A DNA stretch of 60,612 nucleotides from Thermomicrobiales bacterium (GTDB lineage Bacteria > Chloroflexota > Chloroflexia > Thermomicrobiales > UBA6265): assembly GCA_020853615.1 (NCBI GenBank), contig JADYYO010000074.1, forward strand, positions 1 through 60,612, written 5' to 3'. The notes below the pieces were generated by a model. It saw nothing but the letters and a program-made list of their open reading frames with translations, was not told where the DNA came from and did not search any database. Position numbers and translations under genes: made by a program. This document shows, one piece after another, positions 51,256 through 60,541 of the stretch. Position 1 is the stretch's first letter. Each line of letters begins with the position of its first letter.

Positions 51256-51342
51256 GTGTCATGCTGAGGAACGAAGCATCTCGGCACACGGGAGACGTGG
51301 CTGCGGGAGAGCCGAGAACCTTCGCTCCGCGAGGAATGACAC
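51256..51342. repeat. MITE/REP-like inverted repeat between rpoD and obg
   Basis: GTGTCATGCTGAGGAACGAAGCATCTCGGC (51256-51285) and GCCGAGAACCTTCGCTCCGCGAGGAATGACAC (51311-51342) are imperfect reverse complements that could form a long hairpin. Confidence 0.65.
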
Positions 51343-51429
51343 ACTGCTACTGCAATCACGAAGGCGCCGCCGGAATATGCGTTCATCATGGCATCTCGAC
51401 TATTCTCAGGGTGAGCTAAAGGGATTGTT

Positions 51430-52788
51430 GTGCTGATCGATCGGGCGAGAATCTGGGTCAAGGCGGGAGACGGCGGCAACGGGTCGGCGTCGTTTCGCCG
51501 CGAGAAGTACGTGCCCCGGGGCGGTCCGGACGGGGGGGACGGCGGCCGGGGCGGGAACGTCTATCTGCGCAGCAAGGCGAATATGACGAGCCTCCTCCCC
51601 TTCCAGTTCACCACGCGATTCAAGGCGGAGAATGGCGGCCCCGGCCGCAGCCAGCAGCGGCACGGGAAGAATGGCAAGGATCTCTACGTCGATGTCCCGC
51701 CGGGCACGGTGGTGTGGGACGACGAAACGGGCGAGATGCTGGCCGACCTGACCGAGCCGAACGAGCAGACGATCGTCGCCCGTGGCGGGCAAGGCGGGCT
51801 GGGCAATGTCCACTTCAAGTCATCGACGCGCCAGGCGCCGCGCATTGCCGAGTTGGGCGAGCCGGGCGAGGAGCGCTGGCTGCGCATGGAGCTGCGGCTC
51901 GTCGCCGATGTCGGACTCGTCGGGCTACCGAACGCCGGCAAGTCGACGTTGCTGGCAGCCTCCTCGGCGGCGAAACCGAAGATCGCCGATTACCCCTTCA
52001 CCACGCTCGAGCCGATGCTCGGGGTGGTGACGGTCGGCGGCATCGCGGGCGAGACCTTCGTCATGGCTGATATCCCGGGCCTGATCAGCGGGGCCGCCGA
52101 GGGGGTCGGGTTGGGGCTGGAGTTCCTGCGCCACGTGCAGCGGACTCGCGTGCTGGTCCATGTCCTCGATGCGTCGGGCGGGCTGGAGGGGCGCGATCCC
52201 CTCGCGGACTTCGACACGGTGAACGCCGAGCTCGAAGCCTACGAGCCGGAGCTGCTCGAGGAGCCGATGCTCGTCGCCCTGAACAAGATCGACATCCCGG
52301 AGGCCGTCGCGGCGCTGCCGGAATTGACGACGGCGCTGCAAGCGCGCGGCTACCGCGTCTTCCCGATCTCCGGGGTCACCGGCGAAGGGGTGCCAGCCCT
52401 GATGAATGCCGTCGCGGCGACCCTGAACGAGGTTCGGGAGCGCGAGATCGAGGTCGAGAAGCCGCAGGAGCGCCGCCGCTACACGCTCGAGAACGTCGAC
52501 GAGCGCGCCTGGAGCGCCGATCGGCTGTCGCGCCATCACTTCGCCGTGACCGGTGTCGGGGTGGAGCGTTTTACCCACATGACTGACTTCTCGCGCGAGG
52601 AAGGGGTCGAGCGTTATCAGCGCTTCCTCGAGTCGAGCGGCATCGCCGCCGAGCTGGAGCGCCTCAGCATCGAGGAGGGGGACATCGTCCACATCGCGAA
52701 TCAGGAGCTGGTCTGGGGCGACCAGTTCGAGCTGGAACCGGAACCGGCGCGCGATCGGCGCAAAAAGGCCGCACAGTCGTCAGAGTGA
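51430..52788 (+). CDS. obg: GTPase Obg/CgtA with C-terminal OCT domain
   Basis: GTG start. Gly-rich Obg fold [31 protein letters not shown] motifs [17 protein letters not shown]. Confidence 0.93.
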   Translation: MLIDRARIWVKAGDGGNGSASFRREKYVPRGGPDGGDGGRGGNVYLRSKANMTSLLPFQFTTRFKAENGGPGRSQQRHGKNGKDLYVDVPPGTVVWDDETGEMLADLTEPNEQTIVARGGQGGLGNVHFKSSTRQAPRIAELGEPGEERWLRMELRLVADVGLVGLPNAGKSTLLAASSAAKPKIADYPFTTLEPMLGVVTVGGIAGETFVMADIPGLISGAAEGVGLGLEFLRHVQRTRVLVHVLDASGGLEGRDPLADFDTVNAELEAYEPELLEEPMLVALNKIDIPEAVAALPELTTALQARGYRVFPISGVTGEGVPALMNAVAATLNEVREREIEVEKPQERRRYTLENVDERAWSADRLSRHHFAVTGVGVERFTHMTDFSREEGVERYQRFLESSGIAAELERLSIEEGDIVHIANQELVWGDQFELEPEPARDRRKKAAQSSE

Positions 52789-53496
52789 GCCGTCGGTCTC
52801 CCCGAATATGCCGCGGTAACGCGCGGGCAGGAGTTCGGCGACGCGGACCATCATTAGCCGGGTCGCCTCTTCCGGGGTCACGCGCTGCCCATCGACCTCC
52901 CGCGGAACGTGAAATGGCTCGCCAAAGCGGATCGTGACACCGCGTGGCTCACCGGATGGGCGCCGGGGCGGCCACTCGCCATTGACGGGAAAGTACTCGG
53001 TGCCCGTAATCGCGACGGGCAGGACCGGAGCCCGTGACTGGAGCGCCAGCAGGCCGGCGCCAGGGTGCCCCGCGATGAGCGCGTTGACGCGCGAGCGCCC
53101 GCCTTCCGGGAAGATGCCGACGGCGACGTCCTGCCGGAGGAGCGCCAGCGCGTGGCGAAGGGCCGCGCGGTCAGCCGTGCCGCGAACCACGGGAAAGCCG
53201 CCGAACCGGCGCACGAGCCAGCCGATGACCGGGATACGGAAGAGCTCGGCCTTGCCCATGAAAAAGAGGGGACGCGGAAACGCGACTTCGAGGATCGGCG
53301 GATCGGCGTTGGAGACATGGTTCGAGACGACGAGGAGTGGGCCCTGGAGCGGGACGTGCGCCTCGCCAACGATCGTCAGCCGAATCAGGCGCCGCAGGAT
53401 CGGCAGGACGGCCCCGCGCAGGAGCGCGCGCAACGGACCGTGGATGGTTCCGGCGAGCGGATCGGGAGACGGCTCACCGCGTGACGTGGAGCTCAC
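52780..53496 (-). CDS. plsC: 1-acyl-sn-glycerol-3-phosphate acyltransferase
   Basis: HX4D motif NHVSNAD and FPEGGRS. 3' end overlaps the obg 3' end by 9 nt. Confidence 0.88.
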   Translation of the reverse strand: MSSTSRGEPSPDPLAGTIHGPLRALLRGAVLPILRRLIRLTIVGEAHVPLQGPLLVVSNHVSNADPPILEVAFPRPLFFMGKAELFRIPVIGWLVRRFGGFPVVRGTADRAALRHALALLRQDVAVGIFPEGGRSRVNALIAGHPGAGLLALQSRAPVLPVAITGTEYFPVNGEWPPRRPSGEPRGVTIRFGEPFHVPREVDGQRVTPEEATRLMMVRVAELLPARYRGIFGETDGSL

Positions 53497-54239
53497 GATC
53501 GCGACCGGCTCTCGGCAAACGCAATGTGGCGGTCGCGGGCCAGCCGCTCGACGATGGCGACCACGTCGTCGACCTCGAGATTGTCGGTGAAGACCCGCTC
53601 GGCATCGGGCGCGGCCCGGAGCGGCGCCGCCTCGCGCGATCGATCGATCTGGTCGCGGTGCATCGTCTCGCGCGCCACCTCGGCCAGCGTCTCCGTGCCG
53701 CCGCGCAATGCGGCCTCGCGAAAGCGCCGTCGTGCGCGCTCTTCCGGGGATGCGTCGAGATAGATCTTTAGGCCGGCGTCGGGGACGACGACGGTGCCGA
53801 TGTCGCGGCCGACCATGACCACCGCGGCGCCGCTAGCGATCTTCCGTTGCAGCGGCAGGAGCGCCTCGCGCACTTCGCGGTGCTCGGCGACCTCGGAGAC
53901 GATCGCGCCGACCTCCGGCGCGCGCAGATCCCATGTGATGTCGCGGCCATCGAGCCAGACATCGTAGAGCCGGCCGTCCCGACATGAGGGGGGGCGGACC
54001 TCGACCGCTGCCGAGCGGGCGATGGCGGCGAGCCCGATGGCGTCGGTCGGGGCGACGCCGGTCTGCAGCGCAATTAACGCAACGGCGCGGTAGAGCGCGC
54101 CGGTGTCGAAGAGGAGCGCGCCGATCCGATCGGCCAGGCGTCGGGCGACCGTCGTTTTGCCGGCGGCCGCCGGCCCGTCGATGGCGATGACATAGCGATG
54201 ATCGACGTGCTCCACGTCGATTGGGCGCTCGTGCATCAC
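53493..54239 (-). CDS. cmk: Cytidylate kinase
   Basis: P-loop IAIDGPAAAGKTT, LFDTGALYRA, GRDIGTVV. Confidence 0.92.
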   Translation of the reverse strand: MMHERPIDVEHVDHRYVIAIDGPAAAGKTTVARRLADRIGALLFDTGALYRAVALIALQTGVAPTDAIGLAAIARSAAVEVRPPSCRDGRLYDVWLDGRDITWDLRAPEVGAIVSEVAEHREVREALLPLQRKIASGAAVVMVGRDIGTVVVPDAGLKIYLDASPEERARRRFREAALRGGTETLAEVARETMHRDQIDRSREAAPLRAAPDAERVFTDNLEVDDVVAIVERLARDRHIAFAESRSRS

Positions 54240-55102
54240 GACCTCTCCTCGCGCGGCGTCGGGCGCTTCGCCGGTGCTCGCTTGCGCGCTCCAGAGCGCT
54301 CGCTTCTGCCGCCGGGACCGGATGGATGCCCGGGCGATGCGCGCGATTCGAGGTGGAGCGCCTGCAGGAGCGAGGCGAGCTCGCCGGGCGTCAGATCGCG
54401 ATGCGCGCCGCGCGGAATCCCTGCGACCGAGAGCGGGCCGATCCTGACCCGGCGCAGATCGATCACCGGGATGTTCACCGCCTCCATCATGCGGCGCACG
54501 ACGCGGTTCATCCCTTCGTGCAGGACCACCGAGAGGAGGACGCCCCGCGGCGTCTCGCGGACGATGCGGAACTCGTGCGGCACGACCTTCTTGCCGTCGA
54601 TGTCGAGGCCGGCGCGCACCCGGGCCATGGTCGCCTCGCGCGGCTTGACCGGCGTGAGCACGAGATACTCCTTCGTCAGCTCGTAGCGCGGGTGCATGAC
54701 CCGATTGGCGACCTCGCCGTCATTCGTGAAGAGGAGGAGCCCCTCCGTGTCGCGATCGAGCCGTCCGACCGGGTAGAGGCGTGGCGATTGCGGCAAGAGC
54801 TCCATGACGGTGAGGCGATCCCGCTCGTCGCTGGTGGTGGTGATGAAGCCGGAGGGCTTGTTCATGACGATGTAGCGGAATGGCTGGCGCCGCACTGGCT
54901 TGCCGTCGACCCGGATCTCGGCGCGGTCGGGATCGACCCGCGTCCCGAGCTCGGTGACGACCGCGCCATCGACCGTCACCCGGCCCGCACGGATCAATTC
55001 CTCGGCTTTGCGGCGCGAGGCGACGCCGCGCTCGGCCAGCACGCGCTGGAGCCGCTGGCCCTGTCTCTGGTCGCCTTGCGTAGTCATCGGGAATCCCATC
55101 AT
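54236..55102 (-). CDS. rluB: Pseudouridine synthase, RsuA/RluB family
   Basis: N-terminal S4 domain (LQRVLAERGVASRRKAEELIRAGRVTVDG). Catalytic GRLDRDTEGLLLFTNDG. Basic C-terminal tail. Confidence 0.9.
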   Translation of the reverse strand: MMGFPMTTQGDQRQGQRLQRVLAERGVASRRKAEELIRAGRVTVDGAVVTELGTRVDPDRAEIRVDGKPVRRQPFRYIVMNKPSGFITTTSDERDRLTVMELLPQSPRLYPVGRLDRDTEGLLLFTNDGEVANRVMHPRYELTKEYLVLTPVKPREATMARVRAGLDIDGKKVVPHEFRIVRETPRGVLLSVVLHEGMNRVVRRMMEAVNIPVIDLRRVRIGPLSVAGIPRGAHRDLTPGELASLLQALHLESRASPGHPSGPGGRSERSGARKRAPAKRPTPREERS

Positions 55103-56265
55103 CCGGTTTGCAGGGCCGCTCGCTGCGAGAGGAGCCGGTCGCCGACGAAGAACTGCACTTCGCCAGCAGGGCTATCTGGTGCGGCGGGAGGGCTCAGCAC
55201 CAGCCGGTAGCGCATCTCGGAGATGGTGTCGGCGGGAACCGGCAGGAGGTCATCGTCGCCGAGGTCGACGTTCCAGACCGAGAGCTCTTCCAGCAGCCCC
55301 GCCACGACGCCCGGCGCGGCGGGATCGAGCCAAACGTAGTCCGCGTTGGCGGCATCCATCAACGTCCGAGCATCGAGGAAGCGGGTGCTATAGTCCTGCG
55401 CGCCCTCCGCGGTCTCGGTCACTTCGCTGCCGAGCATGACAGCGAGCACCCGGTTCGGGCCGATGTCGAACGCGGTGACGAGGCACCCCCCGGCCTTCGG
55501 CGTCGATCCTGTCTTCACGCCGTTGACGAGCCCGGCCAGCAGCAGTTCGTTCGTCGTCGTGATAGCGTAGCCGTCCGCGAGCTTTTCGGAGTGGAGCGTG
55601 GCGCGCGGCGTCGAAACGATCTCGGCGAAGAGCGGGTTCTGCAATGCGGCGGCGGTGACGATGGCGATGTCGCGGGCGCTCATGACGTGGCCGTCGGCGT
55701 CGATGCCGGTCGGGTTTGCGAAGTGCGAATGCGTCGCGCCGAGGGCGGCCGCCTTCTCGTTCATCATCGTGACGAATGCGGCCACGGCCTCTTCCGGCGT
55801 GGGCGAGCCGCCGAGGGCAGCGGCGCCGACGTGGCGTGCCAGGGCCAGCGTCGCGTCATTGCCGGACGGGATCAGGACGCCGAAGAGGAGATCGCGCGCC
55901 GAAAGCGTGTCGCCCGCGACGAGCCCGACCTGCGATTGCTCCGGGTCGACGAGATCGGCGTCGATGATCTCGATGGCGTCGTCGAGGTTGACGTGGTCGA
56001 GGATGACCAGCGCCGAGACGATCTTCGTCAGGCTTGCCGGCGGCAGCGGTTGATCGGGATCGCGCGCGAAGAGCTCGGTCCCGGTCGAGATGTCGGTGAC
56101 GAGGACCGATTTGGCCGAGACCGGCGGGGGCGGCAGCGGTTCGACGTGCGGGAGCGGCGCGGCGACGGTGGCATGCGCAACGCCCTGCAGCAGAAGAAGC
56201 GTCGCCAGCAGTGCCGCGAGCGCGACACGGCTGAGCGCCGGAGCGTGTCGTAACCTGAACCTCAT
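55099..56265 (-). CDS. Serine-type D-Ala-D-Ala carboxypeptidase (S11, PBP5/DacB-like), secreted
   Basis: ORF 55099..56430(-). ATG 56265 gives signal peptide MRFRLRHAPALSRVALAALLATLLLLQGVAHA. Active-site motifs SLTK, SGND, KTGS. Confidence 0.88.
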   Translation of the reverse strand: MRFRLRHAPALSRVALAALLATLLLLQGVAHATVAAPLPHVEPLPPPPVSAKSVLVTDISTGTELFARDPDQPLPPASLTKIVSALVILDHVNLDDAIEIIDADLVDPEQSQVGLVAGDTLSARDLLFGVLIPSGNDATLALARHVGAAALGGSPTPEEAVAAFVTMMNEKAAALGATHSHFANPTGIDADGHVMSARDIAIVTAAALQNPLFAEIVSTPRATLHSEKLADGYAITTTNELLLAGLVNGVKTGSTPKAGGCLVTAFDIGPNRVLAVMLGSEVTETAEGAQDYSTRFLDARTLMDAANADYVWLDPAAPGVVAGLLEELSVWNVDLGDDDLLPVPADTISEMRYRLVLSPPAAPDSPAGEVQFFVGDRLLSQRAALQTG

Positions 56266-56387
56266 GCGGCCCCCGGTGTCGGTCCCTGATGCGGCGCTGG
56301 CGTCGCGGCCAGCCCCGCCCCCTTCGATCCCCACCAGAGTATACGGCCCGGGGCAGCGGCCTTCGCTGATCGGGTAGGCTTGGCAGA

Positions 56388-57209
56388 ATGGAACGTTTGC
56401 TTGTGCCGCGGGCGCAAACCGCCGAGCCACCGCGGTGCGTTCGCGCCCGCATCGCGGCCGTCGGCGACCTCCATATTCGCGGCGCTCACGATCGCCGCGT
56501 CATCCCCGGCCTGGAGCATCTGGGCGAGCGGGCCGACCTGCTCGTGCTCACGGGCGATCTGACCGACAACGGGCGGCTCGTCGAGGCGGAAGCCGCGGCG
56601 GACCTCTTCACGGCGGTCCGCGTCCCCGTCATCGCCGTCCTCGGCAATCACGACCATCGGTCGCTGCGCAGGGCCGCGTTCCGGCGCGTGTTCGAACGGC
56701 GGGATATCGACATCCTCGAGGGGCGGGCCATCACGGTCCGGACCGCGAGCGGCGCCCTGGTCGGCGTGGCCGGCACGACCGGCAGCGGCGGCGGCTTCTG
56801 GTCGACGGAGTGGCCGGACGGGATTCACACGCGGTCGCTCGAGCGCCTGGCGATCCGTGCCCGGCGTGAAGGGGAGGCGCTGGAGCGCGCCCTGGCCGAG
56901 CTCGACGCCGATATTGCGATCGCGGTGACGCACTTCGCGCCGACGACCGCGACGCTCGGCCGCGAGCCGCTGGCGAAATACTGGATGCTCGGCGCCTCCG
57001 CCCTCGGGCAGGCCATCGACCGGCATCACCCCGACCTGGTGCTGCACGGGCACGCGCATCTCGGCGCGCTGCGAGGCGCGATGCCGGGCGGCAGCCCGGT
57101 CCGCAATGTCGCGTTGCCGGTCGCCGGCGGGATCTATATCGAGACGATCGAGATCGGGTTGGCAGTCACGGAGCCGTCGTCCCGGCTGGAGCCCGCCTCG
57201 TGGCTGTGA
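56388..57209 (+). CDS. Metallophosphoesterase (calcineurin-like)
   Basis: Motifs VGDLH, TGDLTDNG, LGNHDH, LHGHAH. Confidence 0.85.
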   Translation: MERLLVPRAQTAEPPRCVRARIAAVGDLHIRGAHDRRVIPGLEHLGERADLLVLTGDLTDNGRLVEAEAAADLFTAVRVPVIAVLGNHDHRSLRRAAFRRVFERRDIDILEGRAITVRTASGALVGVAGTTGSGGGFWSTEWPDGIHTRSLERLAIRARREGEALERALAELDADIAIAVTHFAPTTATLGREPLAKYWMLGASALGQAIDRHHPDLVLHGHAHLGALRGAMPGGSPVRNVALPVAGGIYIETIEIGLAVTEPSSRLEPASWL

Positions 57210-58234
57210 GGCCGGAACGGGTGCGCTCTGCTGGCCGTGCGGGGCTGCGCGAGGACGTTCCACACGTGCGGCTCGACACTGTGCGGCATCCGTACGGACC
57301 CTCTCCCGCCGCGCTCGACGCCGCTGAGGCGCACGCGGATGGGTCGCCCGCGATCCTGGCCGATTGCCTGCGCGCCCGCCTCAGTCGCCGCTTTCGGGTT
57401 CCAGAGAGCGCGATTTTCCTCCAGCAGTCGGGCATCGACCACGTGATGCACCGAGCGATCGACCACATACCCGGGCCGCTCGTCAGTTTCCCGCCGTCAG
57501 CCGTTGCAGCGACGCTCGACGCGGAGTGGCCGGGCCGCGAACGAATCGCGATCGCGAGAGGCGCGCCCCGTTCGCGGTTCTTCGAGGGCGAGGAGGCGGC
57601 CGATCTCCCCGCCGCCGGCATCGCGGTCGCCGACGCGCCGTCCGATCCCCTTGGCTCGCTTCTGGCGCTGCCCGACGCCGTCCGGCTGGCGCGCGCGACG
57701 CGCTGTCTCGTCGTCGACGAGCGATTTGCCGAGTTCGCGGGCGTGTCGCTCCTTCCGCTGGCGCTCGAATTCAACAACGTCGTCGTGTTCCGCACCTTCG
57801 ACACGTGGGCGGGGCTGCAGGATCTCCCGGTGTCGTGGGCGGTGGCGTCGCCGGCTGCCGCCCGGCTGGCCGGGTTGCGCGATGACGAGATCGCGCCGGC
57901 GAACCTCGCGGCGGCCGTTGCGACGCTCGACGCGCTGGAGAGCGTGAGCGCGACGTTGAAGCTTGTGCTGGAGGAGCGGTCGCGCCTCTACCGGTTCCTG
58001 CGCCGGTTCTCCCTCTTCGCGCCGCTGCCGTCGTGGGCGCCGTTCCTCGCGGCCCGGGTGGCGATGACATCAAGGGAAGCGGTCGTCAGCGGCCTCGCGG
58101 ACCGGGGCGTGCTGGTCCACGCGCCGGATCAGGAAGGGCTCGAGCAGTTCATCCGCTTCGGGATAGGCACGCGGTCGGAGATGGAGCGGCTGCGCTTCGC
58201 CGTGCGCGATCTCGTCCCGGGCTTGCTACCCTGA
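57200..58234 (+). CDS. Histidinol-phosphate-aminotransferase-like (class I/II aminotransferase fold) protein lacking the PLP lysine
   Basis: GTG 57200 overlaps the upstream stop by 10 nt. Collinear with the HisC pattern as I recall it, but key motifs are altered: RTFDTW instead of RTFSK, DAPSDPLG instead of NPNNPTG, DERF instead of DEAY. Confidence 0.65.
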   Translation: MAVRPERVRSAGRAGLREDVPHVRLDTVRHPYGPSPAALDAAEAHADGSPAILADCLRARLSRRFRVPESAIFLQQSGIDHVMHRAIDHIPGPLVSFPPSAVAATLDAEWPGRERIAIARGAPRSRFFEGEEAADLPAAGIAVADAPSDPLGSLLALPDAVRLARATRCLVVDERFAEFAGVSLLPLALEFNNVVVFRTFDTWAGLQDLPVSWAVASPAAARLAGLRDDEIAPANLAAAVATLDALESVSATLKLVLEERSRLYRFLRRFSLFAPLPSWAPFLAARVAMTSREAVVSGLADRGVLVHAPDQEGLEQFIRFGIGTRSEMERLRFAVRDLVPGLLP

Positions 58235-58966
58235 TGACCGGGCGGATCCGATCCGGATCGCCTCCCGCTGCGCCGCGAAGAGCTCGGCGAGGCCGAGGCT
58301 GGCCAGATCGAGCAGGTCGCCGAGCGCGCGCTGGCTGAAGGGCTTCCCCTCGGCGGTCGCCTGGATCTCGACGAACTCCTCGTTGCCGGCGCCGACGATG
58401 TTGCAATCGACGAAGGCGGAGCTATCCTCGACATAATCGAGATCGAGGACGGGCGTGCCCCGCACGATGCCGACGCTGACGGCGGCGATCGGGGCGAGCA
58501 GCGGGTCGCGCTGCAGCTTGCCCTGCTTGCGGAGCGTGTCAATGGCGAGGGCGAGCGCCACGAATCCCCCGGTGATGGCCGCGCAGCGCGTGCCGCCGTC
58601 GGCGCGGACGACATCGCAGTCGATGATGATCTGGCGCTCGCCCAACGCCTTGAGATCGACGCCGGCGCGGAGCGAGCGGCCGATCAGGCGCTGAATCTCG
58701 ACCGTGCGCCCCCCCTGCTTGCCGGCGGCGGCTTCGCGGGGCGTTCGCTCCTTGGTTGCCCGGGGGAGCATGCCGTACTCGGCCGTGACCCATCCCCGGC
58801 CCTGACCGCGCAGCCAGCCGGGGAGCCGGTCCTCGGCGCTCGCCGCGCAGAGGACGTGGGTGTTCCCGAGCCGGATCGACGCGGAGCCCTCGGCGAAGGG
58901 CATCGTGTTCGGGATGATCTGCATCTCGCGCAGCTCGTCGGGTGCTCGTCCATCGTGGCGGGCCAT
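58226..58966 (-). CDS. rph: Ribonuclease PH
   Basis: ORF 58226..59152(-). ATG 58966 has AAGGAG upstream. RNase PH N-terminus RHDGRAPDELR...AEGSASIRLGNTHVLCAAS, and TAEYGMLPRAT. Confidence 0.92.
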   Translation of the reverse strand: MARHDGRAPDELREMQIIPNTMPFAEGSASIRLGNTHVLCAASAEDRLPGWLRGQGRGWVTAEYGMLPRATKERTPREAAAGKQGGRTVEIQRLIGRSLRAGVDLKALGERQIIIDCDVVRADGGTRCAAITGGFVALALAIDTLRKQGKLQRDPLLAPIAAVSVGIVRGTPVLDLDYVEDSSAFVDCNIVGAGNEEFVEIQATAEGKPFSQRALGDLLDLASLGLAELFAAQREAIRIGSARSSG

Positions 58967-58967
58967 G

Positions 58968-60359
58968 TCACTCCTTCTGATCGGGCTCGGATTCGGGGTT
59001 TGCTGCCTGTTGGTAGACGGCGCGGATCGATTGGCGCCGCTTCGCCAACTCACGCTCGAAACCCCGGTCGGTCGGCTGGTAGTAGACGCGGCCCTGCAGA
59101 TTCTCCGGGAGGTTCTGCTGCGCCACGACGCCGCCGTCGAAGTCGTGCGCATAGCGATAGCCGCGCCCGTAGCCGAGGTCGCGCATCAGCCCGGTCGGCG
59201 CGTTGCGCAGGTGGAGGGGGACCGGATCGTTTCGCGTCGCGGCCACATCCTCTCGCGCCGCGCCGTAGGCACGGTAGATCGCGTTGCTCTTCGGGGCGAG
59301 CGCGAGATAGACCGTCAATTCGGCCAAGGCGAGGGCGCCCTCCGGCATGCCGAGGAAGTGGACCGCCTGCTGCGCGGCCATCGCCACCTGCAGGGCGGCG
59401 GGGTCGGCGAGGCCGACGTCCTCCGAGGCGAAGCGGACGAGCCGCCGCGCGACGTAGAGCGGGTCGTCCCCCTGCTCCAGCATGCGCGCTAGCCAGTAGA
59501 GCGCGGCATCGGCGTCTGAGCCGCGAATCGTCTTGTGGAGGGCGGAGATGGTGTCGAAGTGCGACTCGCCCGATTTGTCGTACCCGGCAGCGCGTCGCTG
59601 CGCCGCCTGCAGGACCCGCTCGCGGTCGATCAGACCGCCGTTCTCCAGCCCGGCCGCCGCGTATTCGAGCGTGTTCAGGGCGAAGCGGGCGTCGCCGTTG
59701 GCCAGATTGACGAGCGCATCCCGGGCGTCGCCGGCGAGGGTGAGCCGCCGCGCGCCGAGGCCGCGCTCGGCGTCGGCGAGGGCGCGGTCGACGATCTCGC
59801 CGATCTCCACGTCGCCCAGGCTCTGCAGCACCACGACTCGTGAGCGGGAGAGGAGGGGCGCATTCACCTCGAACGAGGGGTTCTCCGTCGTCGCCCCGAT
59901 CAGGACGACCGTTCCCTCCTCGACGTGCGGCAGGATGGCGTCCTGCTGCGCCTTGTTGAAGCGATGGATCTCGTCGATGAAGAGGATCGTGCGGCGACCG
60001 TACATGCCGAGCCGGTCCGCCGCCTCGCGCACGATCGTGCGCAGCTCGGCAACACCGGAGGAGACGGCGCTGATGGCGACGAACTCGGCGTTCGAGGCCG
60101 TGGCGATCAGCCGGGCCAGCGTCGTCTTGCCGGTCCCGGGCGGTCCCCAGAGGACGAGGGAGAAGAGCTCGTCGCGCGCGATCGCCTGGCGCAGCAGCGT
60201 GCCCGGGCCGATGACCTCCTGGTGACCGACGATCTCGTCGAGCGTGCGCGGCCGCATGCGCGTCGACAACGGGGCCGACCGCTGGAGGGTGGCGCGGCGA
60301 TTGGCATCAAAGAGATCCACGACGGGCTCGCATTTCCGGCTGGCGCGGGCGGAGGTCAA
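58968..60359 (-). CDS. rarA: Replication-associated recombination protein A (AAA+ ATPase)
   Basis: Walker A GPPGTGKTTLA, Walker B ILFIDEIHRFNK, MgsA C-terminal domain. TTG 60359 overlaps the upstream stop (TTGA). GTG 60320 is an alternative start. Confidence 0.9.
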   Translation of the reverse strand: MTSARASRKCEPVVDLFDANRRATLQRSAPLSTRMRPRTLDEIVGHQEVIGPGTLLRQAIARDELFSLVLWGPPGTGKTTLARLIATASNAEFVAISAVSSGVAELRTIVREAADRLGMYGRRTILFIDEIHRFNKAQQDAILPHVEEGTVVLIGATTENPSFEVNAPLLSRSRVVVLQSLGDVEIGEIVDRALADAERGLGARRLTLAGDARDALVNLANGDARFALNTLEYAAAGLENGGLIDRERVLQAAQRRAAGYDKSGESHFDTISALHKTIRGSDADAALYWLARMLEQGDDPLYVARRLVRFASEDVGLADPAALQVAMAAQQAVHFLGMPEGALALAELTVYLALAPKSNAIYRAYGAAREDVAATRNDPVPLHLRNAPTGLMRDLGYGRGYRYAHDFDGGVVAQQNLPENLQGRVYYQPTDRGFERELAKRRQSIRAVYQQAANPESEPDQKE

Positions 60360-60541
60360 TCAGTGTCGGCGATCCTGGCCTCGAGGCGGTCGAGCAGCGC
60401 GAGGAGCTCCTCGCGGGTCGAGACGCCGAGCTGGTCGAGTCCTTCCAGCGTCTCCGTCGCCAGATCGAGCCGCAGCAGCAGCTCGTGCTCGCTGGCCGCA
60501 TCGAGCTCGTCGGGGGCCGCGTTTCGGGCATCGTCGCTCAT
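60356..60541 (-). CDS. Small (61 aa) acidic helical hypothetical protein
   Basis: ATG 60541 forms an ATGA overlap with the stop of a partial upstream ORF. Its own stop overlaps the rarA TTG. No family recognised. Confidence 0.45.
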   Translation of the reverse strand: MSDDARNAAPDELDAASEHELLLRLDLATETLEGLDQLGVSTREELLALLDRLEARIADTD

